Source: the human T2T-CHM13v2.0 reference genome, Homo sapiens. From it: a DNA stretch of 64,000 nucleotides. The stretch lies in the NCBI RefSeq assembly GCF_009914755.1, contig NC_060947.1. One strand, written 5' to 3'. Shown here in pieces: positions 13,251 through 27,985 of this stretch. A program made the translations under genes and the position numbers. The notes under the pieces were generated by a model. It was not told the DNA's origin. It saw only the letters and a list, made by a program, of their open reading frames with translations, and ran no database searches. How positions within the stretch are numbered: the first letter of the stretch is position 1; every line of letters starts with the position of its first letter.

Positions 13251-14514
13251 TTTCTGACATGGTCTCCAATCTATATGATTCTATGATTCCAATTCGATAA
13301 AAAGGCTAAACTAATACAAAGATGGCAAGGGAAAACAAACAAAGGGCTACAGACTAACTATAAAGTATTACGATGAGTGTTGCTTTATTTTACTGGAGCA
13401 GAAAGAAACTGTCTTGAAGTTTATACTGCTTGAGCCTAAAAGAAGTAGCTGCTTCTCCTTTATTAAGTCAACATGTTTTTGGTTGTGTTTAGATTATTAG
13501 CAACTATCCTTAAGAGGCCTTGGTGACAGATGATCCTGAAAACTGGCAAATATCATACCAAAGACTAATGCAAAGACAAACAAATCTCACTATTTGGGTT
13601 AATATTTTAAAATTTATTTTATGATACTTTGCAGTTTTAAAAATCAGCTATGAAGGATAATGTACAAAAATGGGACAGAAACATGAATGTGAAGTGTTTT
13701 GAGTTCCTTGAAAGAACTGTACTAGGAATCAAAGAATGGAAAAAAGCACTGAAAACTGTTTCCTGCCAATCACTTTCTATGAATAAAATAATTAACATTT
13801 ACTTCTCTCTTTGCAATTTAAAGAGTACTTTTACATAAAATTTGTTCACTTGACCACCAACCCTGAAAATATCATTTCTACTTAGAAATAACATGTATAT
13901 ACTGATTGGGTCAAGCCAGAGGAAGAAAATAAAGGCAAGCTCAGAGAAAAAGGGCCAGATGTAATACTGTATAACAGTATTCCAATGACATTTTTCACTT
14001 ACTGAGAAAAAATATATAGTGCAAGTCTTTCTATTTCAACAGCCCTACTGCTTAGCATGTCTGTATAATGATAATAATAACGATAAAGAATGTGGATAAC
14101 TAGGTGGATCAGGTAGATAGAGGATTTACCATGAAGCTAGGGGATATTCTAGGATTTCTCTAAGTGTATAGAAGGGGAAACATTAACCTTGAAGCACACG
14201 CACACACACAAATTGTTTTTTAGGTGCTAAATCTAATTTGCTTACTTATTATAAGGCTAAATTACATAACAACCTCAAATGATGCTATTTTAAAGAACTA
14301 AAACATTTAGGTGGATAAATAACTTTTCTTTTTTAGTCAATCATAAATCTTTAAGTCCGAGAAAATATCATCTATAAACTATGGTCAATTAATATGTTTT
14401 TTTTTTTCATTAGAGAACATGCAGTTAGATGAGTCAATCAAAATATTCTAGGATATTATAATCTTAAATACATATATCTTCTGTGCAAGGACAATCATCA
14501 AGAATTTCCAGTTA

Positions 14515-14619
<105 letters not shown>

Positions 14620-16373
14620 CTAATTGAAGATGATACCAAGCAGTCCGTTAGCTATTACAGAATTTCAGATGTTTCACAATTTGGCTTGAACAGTCTAATC
14701 TAATGAACGTTTCCAAAACAAATTCACAGGTATAGTATTTAGTCTGGCATAGTAAAGCAAAACACCTCCACAATTAACTTATAGCTAAATTTATGTTAAA
14801 AATATTAAGATACAACAAACTCATACTGAAGTCACTATCTCTAAATAGCTTTTGAAACTCACGTTTAAAGGATTTAACCTGTTTTACACTTCTACTTGAC
14901 TTATACTGGCTTTCCCAGTGTCATTCACTACTATAGTGCCGATAATCTCTTATTCCATTATTGGCAAGCAAGTATAATATGCAGTTAATTTATATCTCAC
15001 TTGCTTTCCTTGTGTATACATTTCTTTTTTATAGTTAACACAGTTAATTTTAAACAACTGATTCTTTTTCTTGTTGTACTTGCTCATATATACATTTAGA
15101 AACAAGGTATTTTTTAATATCTCATAGTCTGTCTTATGCCTATATTGTAGTCATTTGCATACACTGTTTTGCCTTTCTTATTACACGATAAATTTCTAAA
15201 GATCAGAGACAGTGTCTTTTATCTTTGTATCTCCCATGGAACATACCACAGTATCTTACACACGGGCAAGGTAAGTTTCAATACTTGTTGGATTAGATGA
15301 TTTTTCAGTAGCTATAATAATCAATAATTAATGAACAAGGGCACAGTTCTTTACAAACACAAATGCGTATCAATATCATACATAGCATAGCAATATCAGC
15401 TCTGGGCCAAGCTATGAAAATGGAGTTACAAAAAGCAAAAAGTGCCTTCTTGCTCTCACCAGTTGAGATAGAAAAAGTGATTGCCATAAACAGGATATTG
15501 ATTTTTGGATCAATAATCTCAAAGCACTTTGTAAAAGGAAAACATCAAAAGGTAATTCCTGGTCTGACAATGTCTCTTTGTGCCATTTTTTCCTCTAAAA
15601 GATTGAGCAACAAGTTTTATCAAGGGGTCTGGTGAATACCACACAAGAGAGTGAGGTCTTCAACAAAACAAAAGACTAAAATAGAAATAAACTTAGTGGT
15701 GTCATAGACAATAAGAAAACTAAGCACATTTTCCCCTTAACACTTTAATAATGGAAAATGTAATTCATTTCTACAGCCTCTGCATAAATTAGAACAATGC
15801 TTTGTATCTTAATGGCAAATAATTATTAATAAGAAAGAAAAAATAAACAAAATACCCAAAATTTAGACTGTCTTCTAATTTTCTAGTCTTTTCTATCACG
15901 GAGATTTATGGGTCTCATTTTAAAGCACTGAGAATTTTTAAAGATGTCTTTCACTTATATTAGCAATGAAAAATAACCTCATCAACATGTAAACTCAGCA
16001 CTACCTACCTGATGGGCTCTAATAAGCTTAGAATCCCTTGGTATTTCTACTATCTGAACATTGGTAACATTAAAAAACATAAAGCATTTCACATATCAGA
16101 TATAAATTAACAGGATAAATTTAAGTGTCAACAAGTTGCTATTACATTTATAAAAGCTTTCTGAAAATATTACTTTAGTTGACACTGATTCAAGAGATTC
16201 AGATAGATTTTTCCAGGGGTAGAAAACATCAAGACTTCTCTCTGCATTTCCAGAAGCAGAAACATACCTTCTTATTCATCTTGTCAGCATTTAGAAAAAC
16301 ACAAAAAGGGAGATGTAAAATATGTAGTATAAATTGGGAAATACTCCAAGGGTTTACAGGTTTTTCCTAGCTA

Positions 16374-16523
<150 letters not shown>

Positions 16524-16634
16524 TTAATATTCAAAGATTATTTCCTTTGTTCATAAACATACAGAAAATTAAAACCATAGCCATATTGGAGAGATGATTA
16601 TGCTTTTAACGTATGCCTAAAAAGACAAAAAATA

Positions 16635-16950
<316 letters not shown>

Positions 16951-17057
16951 ACAAAAATAAAATTTGTGGTCCGGGTATGAAGTAAATTGTATTACCCATT
17001 ATAAATGTCAAATTGTACTTTCTTTTCATCCCCTTTCTTTCTGGTTTCTGTCTCTTT

Positions 17058-17088
<31 letters not shown>

Positions 17089-17312
17089 GGTCTTTGCTTC
17101 TTAAATCCCCTAAAGTCTTCAACCCAATTTCTTTCTTAAATGGCTTTTATGCTCTTTTCAAATACTCCTCTTTTGTTCTCTCTTTACTGTATTTTATTAT
17201 GCTCCACATCTTGTTTCTGTGCCTTCTTTCGTCTTAATCGGAATGCTAAATTTATATACTGGTCACAAGATCAGTTTTGACAAACGATTCTATGTAACCA
17301 GATGACGGACTC

Positions 17313-18117
17313 TGTAAGCCAAAAGTAAAATGCTACTAAGTCCCCCAACCAACTGAATGGCCCCCCTCCTGGCCAAGGGGACCCCAAAGAAACCTGGAAG
17401 TCTAGTTCAGGCCATGATGCTGGTTGTGTGTGTGTTGGGGGGGGGGGCACGGGGCAGAATTAGACATGCCTTAATATACCCTCTTCCCTTTGGAGTTCAG
17501 AAACAACTGACCAGCATTAACATTAAAACAGCGATCTTAAGAGTGACAAAGCAGAATTTGTGGCAATGACATGCCAAATTCCAACCTGACTGCTATAGTA
17601 TCATATGACAGATTAACAGGCCCTGAAGGAAATCAAAGTATTTTATCCCAAAATATATTTCTTTGACATATTCTGAAATGGCCCTATAAATCTGTCTCTT
17701 GTGGGGGAAATTTGCATTCTGTAGAGAATCTCCTTCCCTTATTAAGTCTTTTCTGGAAAGCCTGACACCTTTTAAGGTCTGATAAGAGACATTCACCATC
17801 TTTATCTCTGAAGCTTGCGACCTGAAAGCTTCATCTACATGAGAAGAACCTTGGATTCCACAAGCCCCTGTTCAAACTCAAGCATTTCTTTAAGCTGAAT
17901 TCAACTCTTCAGGCAGGGCTTAACTCTTTCAACCTATGACCTGGAAGTCGCACCACCCCAAGCCCCCCGCCCCCATTGTATAAACACAAGCTATAACCAA
18001 ACCAACTTGGACACATGTTCTCAGGACCTCCTGAGGTTGTGTCATGTGCCATGGTCCTTAACCTTAGCAAAATAAACCTGTAAATTGAGACCTGTCTCAG
18101 ATACTCTTTAGTTTGCA
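17313..18117 (+). mobile_element. Solo ERV1 LTR, MER4 group
   Basis: TG...CA termini (tgtaagccaaaa...gtttgca), AATAAA near the 3' end, and a 4-bp TSD ACTC at 17309-17312 and 18118-18121. Confidence 0.85.
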
Positions 18118-21100
18118 ACTCCAATCAAAGTTTCCTTGAGGCCACTTTACCCTTGGTAACGTTTCAAAAGTGGAGCTGAAAGAAGGCAGAATAAAGACTC
18201 TCTCCATGTGAAATACCACACAGACATCTGCAAAATGGACACACACCTTTTTGAAATCTACCAACAATTTAGTGAGGAAAAAATTTGCTTCTCGGGTCAA
18301 GTGTCTCCCAAAGTATCAGAGGCATTTGAACCAGAGCAACTCCATCTTGAGTAGGGGCTTAGTAAAATAAGGCTGAGACGTGCTGGGCTACATTTCCAGG
18401 TGGTTAAGGCATTCTAAGTCACAGGATGAGCTACGAGGTCGGCACAAAATACAGGTCATAAAGACCTGGCTGGTAAAACAGGTTGTGTAGTAAAGAAGCT
18501 GGCTAAAACCCACCAAAAACCAAGATAGCGACAAGAGTAATCTTGGGTCATCCTCACTAGTACACTCCCACCAGCACCATGACAGTTTACAAATACCATG
18601 GCGACATCAGGAAGTTACCCTATATGGTCTAAAAAGGGGAGGCAAGAATAATCCACCTTGATTATGTGCTTGCTTAGCACATAATCAAGAAATAACCATA
18701 AAAATCTGCTCTGCCTACAGAATAGCCATTCTTTTATTCCTTTACTTTCTTAATAAACTTGCTTTCCCTTTTCTCTAAGGACTTGCCCTGAATTCTTTCT
18801 TGCATGAGATCCAAGAACCCTCTCTTGGGGTCTGGATCAGGACCCCTTTCCAGTAACATCTTTCTGGCAACCACATAAGAGACAATACTGAGGAAACCCT
18901 CGACCTAAAGGCTAACTTTGGGTAAGTGGTGAGGTCCAGTAGTATCTTTCTGGAGACCACCGAAGGGACTATACTAAAGAAACCCGACCCAAAGGAAAAT
19001 CACCTGCGCACACCAATTGACTGACTTTGGGTAGGTCGGGTGCATATACGCAGGTAAAGAATGGGATTGGTTAGAGGCCCAACTTCAGAGTGTTAAGAGT
19101 TTCTCCTAAGACAGGGTTAAAGGCTCCTCTCAATAAAAAGCAAGGACACTTGAATGACCTTGGGTTCGAGGCCCAACTTAGGAAGGTTAGGGTCCTTCCT
19201 AAGATTTAGGGGGTTAGAGGCCCCTTTCAGTAAAGTCCCTCTCAGCTGAGAACAGGTTTGGCACTATGGGATGTTAACTGCTACTCTATTTGGATTAATC
19301 TGTCTTGCACTTTTTGCTGATGGCTATGGATGACAGGATTAGGCATGTACAGGACCATGGGATATGGGGACTTTTTTCCTCCCCAAAAGGGGAAACTTGA
19401 GAGCTGATGGGACTGCTGGAAAAAATCCCTTTGCTACTGGCAAGTGGCCACCTGAACTCTTCAGTGTCGCTGCAATGGGTGGGTCTTTCTCTGGCCTCCC
19501 TGAGCTCTTTGCCTTCCCCTCCCAATGGAGGCAATACTTTTCTCCCTTTCCTTTCCTTTCTCTCTCTGTGTGAACTGGTTGAATGAATGGTAAAAATCAC
19601 TGTTTAGCTCCTCTGTAAAATTCTGATTAATTGGAAAAAGGATTTGTGAAGCTAGTCTTAAGCTGTAGTGAATCTGTTATACTTTGTGCTATGAATTTGT
19701 CTTTCTGTATCATTCTGTCCTAAAGAGGAGTACCTTAAGATAGAACATGGGCTTAGGATCCCATAAGCCTACTGTTCAAGACAGCCCAGCAAACTGGTCA
19801 GTCACGTCCTTGGAAGCTTGACCTTGTAACCACGTGGCAGTGCTTTCTTTTGGTCTCTGCCATCACAATGGCAGCCTGGGTGCAGGACTCAATTTCTGGC
19901 TTAGGGAATGACCACTTTCTGGTTTGTTAACTGTGTGCCTTTCTTGAATTTTTCCTTTCTCTGAGCACCTGTGAAGTTACTTTTGGTAAAGTTTAAAAGC
20001 CAGAAATATCAGCCGGCTAAAGTCTGATAATAAGAAATTTAAAAGGCCTTTTTTTTTTTTTTAAAGAGCACTGTGGTTAAAAGTCAGCTTAATTAAAAGC
20101 AGATATTCCAGTTCTAACAGCCTGGGACTCCTTAGGAAAAAAGAGGAAGTGCCACAGATCCCGTTTTGGAATAAACCTCTGTTTTACTCATGAAACTTCA
20201 GGACTAAAAAGTAGATAAGATTCCTCTCAAAATCTAAGGCTCTGTTCCATTTTGCATTCCATTATCTGATATTTTTTACTTTTGGGGGGGTGACAGAAAT
20301 TAATTTGCATTATGAGAGAACTTTGGTGTGTAATAACTATATAGGAAATATACTTTTGAGGACAGCTAATGGCAGTTATGGGGAAATACTCAGCTCTGCT
20401 CTGCAGGTTTGGATCAGAGAAGCATGCTCTTAGCCACCTAGGAAGTATGGAGATGTCCCCATCCCCCACTGAGAGATAACACTCCCATGGGGATGAGCTG
20501 ATTCCCTCTTTTTGGGATCCAGGATCTGGTATAAAATGGGACCCTTAATTTCTGGAGATCTGTTTTGCCTTCCAGCTGTGCCTGCTTATTATGCCCTAGA
20601 AACTAGGCTTTAAAGAGAAACTTAAAAACTGGCGAATGAAGAACCTTACAGCTACAGGATCTTCTGTCTGCGTATTTATATTTGTTGTGTGTATGATGCT
20701 TATATCTAAAAGAGCTTTGATTAATTGGTTTAATAATAACAAAAGTTTAGATCAAACATTTTGTCAGAAAAGTAAAAAGTGTAATGACTTAGTTCACATG
20801 ACTTAAGTAATCTTTGGGAAATAGAAACAGTTTTACATGCAAGGTGTGCAAAGATAGTGAAATGAGTTTTTGGTAAAAGATTACAAGAAGGCATGGAAAT
20901 AAGGATTTTTCTGCCTAGATTAAAGGGTTAAAGGATTGTTTTAAGTTAGGATAAAGCTGAAAGTCTGAGCAAGTTGTGGAAGGTTTGTGAAAAATTAATC
21001 CTGTAAAAAAAATTATGTGTGTGACATACTGGCTAAAGTTAAAGGGGGTATTATTCGGTTTTTCCGTAAGTTGAACACTGGAATAAAAGTACAACAGGTT

Positions 21101-21932
21101 TTTCTTAGAGCACTTATCTACTGTTTAACAAAAATTTTTGTAAAGGGTTATAAAAGGTTTATGAGAATCTTACCTTATGGTCAAACATTAAAATTGGGTA
21201 GATACGTCTATAAGGTTTTGTTAGGAATTGGGTTTGACATCAATAATGCACAAATGCAATGGTGAAATTTGGCTCATTTAGTATAAAAATCATACAGGAA
21301 GCACTGTCAAATATGAAATGGTATTTGGCTTTCTTTGGGCTGTATTTATATAAATATGTTACTGATCTCTGTTCCAAAATTATGTAAAACTCCTATAATC
21401 CTGCTATAACTTCGTGTATGTTATTAATAGTTACAATTATTATGTACAATTGTATGCCACAGAAGTAACCAAAATTTCCTTGAATAGTGGCTGTCCTAAG
21501 ACTTTTTAATATCCACAGACAATTGTTGTCTTGTTCTGATCCTCTTCAAAAGGTGGTTTATAGTCAGCTATATGACTTTGACAGGTGTTCTTAAATGCAG
21601 GTGTCTGATAACTTTGCAGATTTATGAAATTAGAATAGAGAAAAAAACTTTTAGGACTCTCATGGAAAGCTAAAATGTTTATGAATATCAAACAGAATAG
21701 GAGTGAACTGAATGTACTGAACTAATACAAGACTGAAGTAATCTTTTTTACTTTGCTTAAAATGCTGCTGATCCTTTGTTTTATTTTTCAGAGTCCAGAA
21801 AACTTTTAAGCTATTTACAGCTTGTAGCAATTGAGCAAAATATACTCCTGTAAACAAAATTTGGAGCATATATGTTTCTCTCTACCTGATTTTTCCAAAA
21901 TTTGGAAACTACTTGTGAGTATTCTTAATTTA

Positions 21933-22277
<345 letters not shown>

Positions 22278-22652
22278 GTAAACTGTTTTATTTTGCAACA
22301 GGACACAATTGGAGAAACTGGTTATTTTACCAAGGCTTTGACTGGAATGGCATGCTTTCCTTTAAGGAATGTAACTTGACTTACAGAGTCAATAAAAGCC
22401 CCCTGGGAAAACTGGCCTCATACCTTGTCTACACACTTCCTGTGCAGGGTTCCTAACCTATGGTAAGTAAAGAATGTTTATTTCTGACAGGCCCAGGAGC
22501 CCCAGATTATCCTGGGACCTCAAGAGGAAAGGAATTTAAACAACTGATAGGCATTTGAGGGTACAAACCCATGACTGGGTTTGGCTTTAAAAAAGTCTTC
22601 TCTAAGATTCCTTATGAAGCACAGTTCCATCAAAGCCAATTTAAAAAGCCTA

Positions 22653-22954
<302 letters not shown>

Positions 22955-24112
22955 GTCTATGTAAAAAAAAAAATTATTCTTGTTGGACATTATACAAATA
23001 ATCAGGCCAAGCATAATAAAGCAAATCAGTCTTACCATGATTTATCTTTAGTAAAAATCGGAGACTGGAGAGAAAAAAAAGTATGTTTCAAGAACTATGG
23101 TATACTTGTTGTTATATTCTAGTCTCAACAGTTGTTTTAGAGTGTTTTCTGCAATTTAGACTGACTGCTTGTTGCTGTGAGCCTGCTTGTTCCTGTGATC
23201 TCTGGCTGCTGCTCAGAAGAAACAAGAGGGATGGGTAATACAAAAATCAAGATCAGTATTCTATTCTGGACACACCAGAATCAGCTAGCAACCCCACATC
23301 AACTTGGTTCCAAGAGTTGCACAGTTCATTGAAAGCCTTCTAATTTAGTTTACTTGGGATAATTTTGCTTATTTTGCTTTACTGTTGTGGAATATATTGT
23401 TGTACTCTTTGTGCAGGAATGCAGAATAAGTTTACTCAATCTTAAATTAAACACTTATTAACCTTCCAGATATCGCCTTTTGTCAAAACTCAAGAGTTAT
23501 GAATGGCCCTCAACACATTGATGCTTTCTGACTGAGCTCCTCTCTACCCTGAATACAAGAGACCCTCACAGTTAGGCAGGAAGATCATCATCCCTATTCA
23601 GCCTGAAGAAATTGCATCAGATGGATCTTCATCCTTCTGCAACCCTTAGGATTAAGGGTTCTCTTATAAAAGGGAGGGGTGAAATGTCAGAGGCATTTGA
23701 ACCAGAGCAACTCCATCTTGAGCAGGGGCTTGGTAAAATAAGGCAGAGACCTGCTGGGCTAAATTCCCAGACAGTTAAGGTATTCTAAGTCACAGGATAA
23801 GATAAGAGGTCAGCACAAGATATAGGTCATAAAGACATAGATGATAAAACAGATTGCAGTAAAGAAGCCAGCTAAAATCCACCAAAACCAATATGGCGAC
23901 AAGAGTAACCTCTGGTCACCCTCACTGCTACACACCCACCAGCGCCATGACAGTTTACAAATGCTATGGCAACATCGGGAAGTTACCCTATGTGGTCTAA
24001 AAAGGGGAGGTGTGAATAATCCATCTCTTGTTTAGCATATAATCAAGAAATAACCATAAAAATGGGCGAGCAGCAGCTCATGCTGCTGCCCCGCCTATGG
24101 AATAGCCATTCT

Positions 24113-24509
24113 GCAATGCTGCAATGAACATGGGCATGCAGACATCTCTTTGATATGCTGATTTCATTTCCCTTGTGCCTATAAATAGAAGAGGAATTTC
24201 TGGATCATGTAATATTTCTATTTTTAATATTTTGAAGAATCTCTACACTTTTCCAAAATGGTTTTCTCAATGTAGAGTCCCACCAACAGTGTACAAGGGT
24301 TTCCTTTTCACCACATCCTCACCAACACTTGTTATCTCTTATCTTTTTGGCAATAGCTATCCTAACAGATATGAAGTGATATTTCATTGTGATTTTGATT
24401 TGCATTTCCCTGGTCATTAGTGATGTTGACCACCTTTTCATACCTATTGACAATTTGTATGTCTTCTTTGAAAAGTGTCTATTCAAGTCCTTTGCCCATT
24501 TTAAAATTG

Positions 24510-24553
<44 letters not shown>

Positions 24554-25450
24554 GTTGTGTGAGTTCCTTCTGTATTTTGGATATTAACCCCTTATCAGAT
24601 ATGTGATTTGCAAATATTTTCTCCCATTCCATGGGTTGCTTTATAGTTTTGATGACTGTTTCCTTTGCTGTACAAAAGCTTTTCAGTTTGATTTAGACCT
24701 ACTTGTTTATTTTTGCTTCCACTGACTTGAGCTTTTGGTGTCATATCCAAAAAATCATTGCCAAGGGTAATGTCAAGGAGCCTTTCCCTATGTTTTCTTC
24801 TAGGAGTTTTGAGGGTTTAAGGCTTATGTGTAAGCCTCTTATCCATTTTGAGGGGTTCTTTTGTATGAATAAGATAATGGTCCAGTTTCATTCTTTTGCA
24901 TGTGGATATCCTGTTTTCCCAACATGATTTATTGAAAAGACTATCTTTTCCACATTTTGTACTTTTGGCACCCTTGTAGAAGTTTAGTTGAATGTATATG
25001 GATGGGTTTATTTCTGGGCTCTATATTCTGTTCCATTGGTCTATGTGTCTGTTTTTATGCCAGTACCATACTGTTTTGATTAATACAGCTTTGTAATTTG
25101 AAATTAGGAACTGTGATGCCTCCAACTTTGTTCCTCTCTCTCAAGATTGCTTTGGCTATTTGGGGTCGATTGTTCCATGTTAATGTTATGACTTTTTTCT
25201 ATTGCTGTGAAAAATGCTGTTGAAATTTTTATAGGGATTGTGTTGGGTAGTGTGGAAATTTTTATAATATTAAAATATCTTTCCATAAATCCAAAGATAT
25301 TAAAATCTTTCCATTTATTTGTGTCCTCTTCAATTTTTTTCATCAGTGCTTCATAGTTTTGAGTATATAGATCTTTCACCTCCTTGGTTAAATTTATTCC
25401 TAAGTATTTTATTCTTTTTGATGCTATGGTAAATGAGATTGTTTTCTTGA
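24113..25450 (-). mobile_element. L1 (L1MA-like) ORF2 fragment containing (GT)n at about 24512-24551
   Basis: The minus ORF 25104-25688 includes KRIKYLGINLTKEVKDLY of L1 ORF2. Confidence 0.88.
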
Positions 25451-25460
25451 GCTCGCTTTT

Positions 25461-25766
25461 CCAGACAGTAAATATTTTAGGGTTTACAGGCATATCGTTT
25501 CTGTCACAACAATTCAACTCTGTCATTGTAGCATGAAAGCAACCATACATGATAAGCAAGTGAACAAGTGTGGCTGTGCTCCAATAAAACTTTATGTATG
25601 AACAATGAAATCTGAATTTCATGTAATTGTCATCTATCACAAAATATTCTTCTTGATTGTTTTTCCAACCATTAAAAAATGTTTTCAAGTATTCTTAGCA
25701 CAGGAGCCTTGCAAAAATAGGTGGCATGCTGGATTTGGCCCAAGAGCCATTGATTGCTGACCCCTG
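25461..25766 (+). mobile_element. MER58B-like hAT-Charlie DNA transposon fossil
   Basis: ccagacagtaaatattttagg...ccaataaaactttat...gctgacccctg terminus. Confidence 0.75.
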
Positions 25767-27985
25767 CTCTAAATAATTTCTAACACCCCTCAACCTCCAA
25801 GGATTTTGAGAATGACAGAGTAAAACAAAAGAAAGTACAACGACCAAAAAATCTCCACCAGCACCACCACAAAAAAGCAACACACAAACAAAAAATATGT
25901 ATGGGATTCCCCTCTACCTCTAAGAGTTTTTCCTTTATCTACCAAATGTTCACATCTCTGGGTACGTAACACCAACAGCAAGGCCTATTTAAAAGACAGA
26001 AGAAAAGGTCCTGACAAAAGTTTTTTTATGTTTGTTTAAGCAACTTCTATGAAGTTTCATTGTTCCCATTCAAATAGGTTCATTTATCATAACATTTTTG
26101 TCATCAAGAAAATTGCACACTGCTTCATAAGTTTTAGCTAAGTGATGTGAGATTCCAAGCTGCTTGCTACTAAGAGTAACAAAGAATTGCAAAGCATTTG
26201 CCAAAATCAGGGCAATTAAAACCAATGGCTGAATATTAAAAGTTAAGAAAAAACTCCAGAACCAATTCCTTTTAAATCATGAAATTTGGGGACGAATGTA
26301 CAAAGAGAAATTTCTTTATCATATTAAGAGTGAATATACCAAAGACACATTTTAGACACAATAATTTCATTGAGCTGGCTTATTAGAACCCAAGATCTTT
26401 AGAAAATTGGTACGAATCTCTGAGTACTTCTAATATTCCTAACCCTATTGTGTTTGTGGACAGAATGGAGAAATTATCACACATTCCACACAACAGCTGG
26501 AATGATGAGATAATGTAATAAAAGAAGTTGAGAAAGTAGAATTGGAATATTTTCTGCTTCTTTACAGTTTCAACTTTCAGTAATTTAATACCGAAATTGC
26601 TTGCTCTTATATTTACTAATGGGGACTTGGAAGAGAACCCTCAAGCACATTTCTTAACTTTCGATTCCATAGCTGGACAATTTCATTATGTTTTTCTATA
26701 ATGCTCCTTTACGTTTGTTACTTTTTATGCATGTGTCAGATTGCCACTGGTGATTAAATTACCTCGAAAATTATTTGAAACTCATATAAGATAGCATTTT
26801 CATTTACTTGGACCATTCTGTATGGCTCAATATGCAGGTCATATCCCAAACCCCCTGGTTTTCTTTATAAGCATTCCAGCAAAGTCTGATACAAGCCGTC
26901 CATAAGTAGGATATATCAGACATAATCTGCTTATAACAGAAAGTGTAGGCTAAGAGAACACTGATATAACACAAACCCAACTCTAGGGCTGACAAATGAT
27001 ATCTAATGAATTCCTGCTTAACAAACTAGATAGAAAAGGTACTTTGAAAAAGGTATTTGGCTTTGTAAATTTTAAATTCCTTTTGGCCTATCTATATCTA
27101 GTCTCTTTCTAGCATGCTAAAAGCTAATTTCTACTTCAGAGGTAGGGAAACACAGTTATTTGGGACAATTTCTGATAGCAATCTACTGCTCCCCTCAGCA
27201 TGGATGTCTTCTCTTTATCTCCTTGCTACTCCATTTTTGTGTCTCCCTTTTCAGGTGTTCACTGATTTCTTTTTGTTCTGCCTGTTTTTAAATTCTTAGT
27301 TTAATACTGCTACGGGCACTCAAGCCTGAGGTTTCTAATTCCTATTCCATTATCTCCCCGTGGTCTTACTAAACAGAGGCATGATACAGAATCCAACTGT
27401 GTATTTCTGATAATGCTGCTTTTGCCCAAACCAATTGAATTAGCTCCTCAAATGAAAAAAAGGGACTTTTTCAAAAAATATGGTAAAGCCACTCTACCCA
27501 ATCCCCCCCCAAAAAGATACACACAAAAAAAATGCCTTAATTTTGCTCCCTCTCATTTTTCTTCAGGTCTACATGAGCCCTGAAAACCTGTCAGTTTTTT
27601 TTCTAAAAGTACCCACTTTTCTTTTCAACTACACTTAAAAAATTCCATGAGGTGACTAAAATTCATACAATAGCTAGAATACTTGTTTTCACAAAATGCC
27701 AGAAAGAAAACTGACAGCTCTGCTAGAAGCATTTTAAGAGCTAACTTTTTTTTAAAGCCGGCTGGCTTGAAAAGAAGCACCTAGATCCTTCAAGTCAGTC
27801 TAGAACATTTCAAGAGTAAATAAACTTTAAATTATCCCACCAAACTTTTCAAAATGCACTCACTGCTGCCATACAAAAAGGATTGTATCTTCCATGTTGT
27901 ACACAACAAAATTTTAAATACAAGATCCTTATGCTATAGTTTACACTCTAAAACTGACAGATGCAGGCATAAGTTTTGGCTGCTT

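Noticed and set aside
25104-25688. Longest ORF in the track (194 aa)
   Set aside because: Chance read-through across a MER58-L1 junction, with no splice or promoter support.
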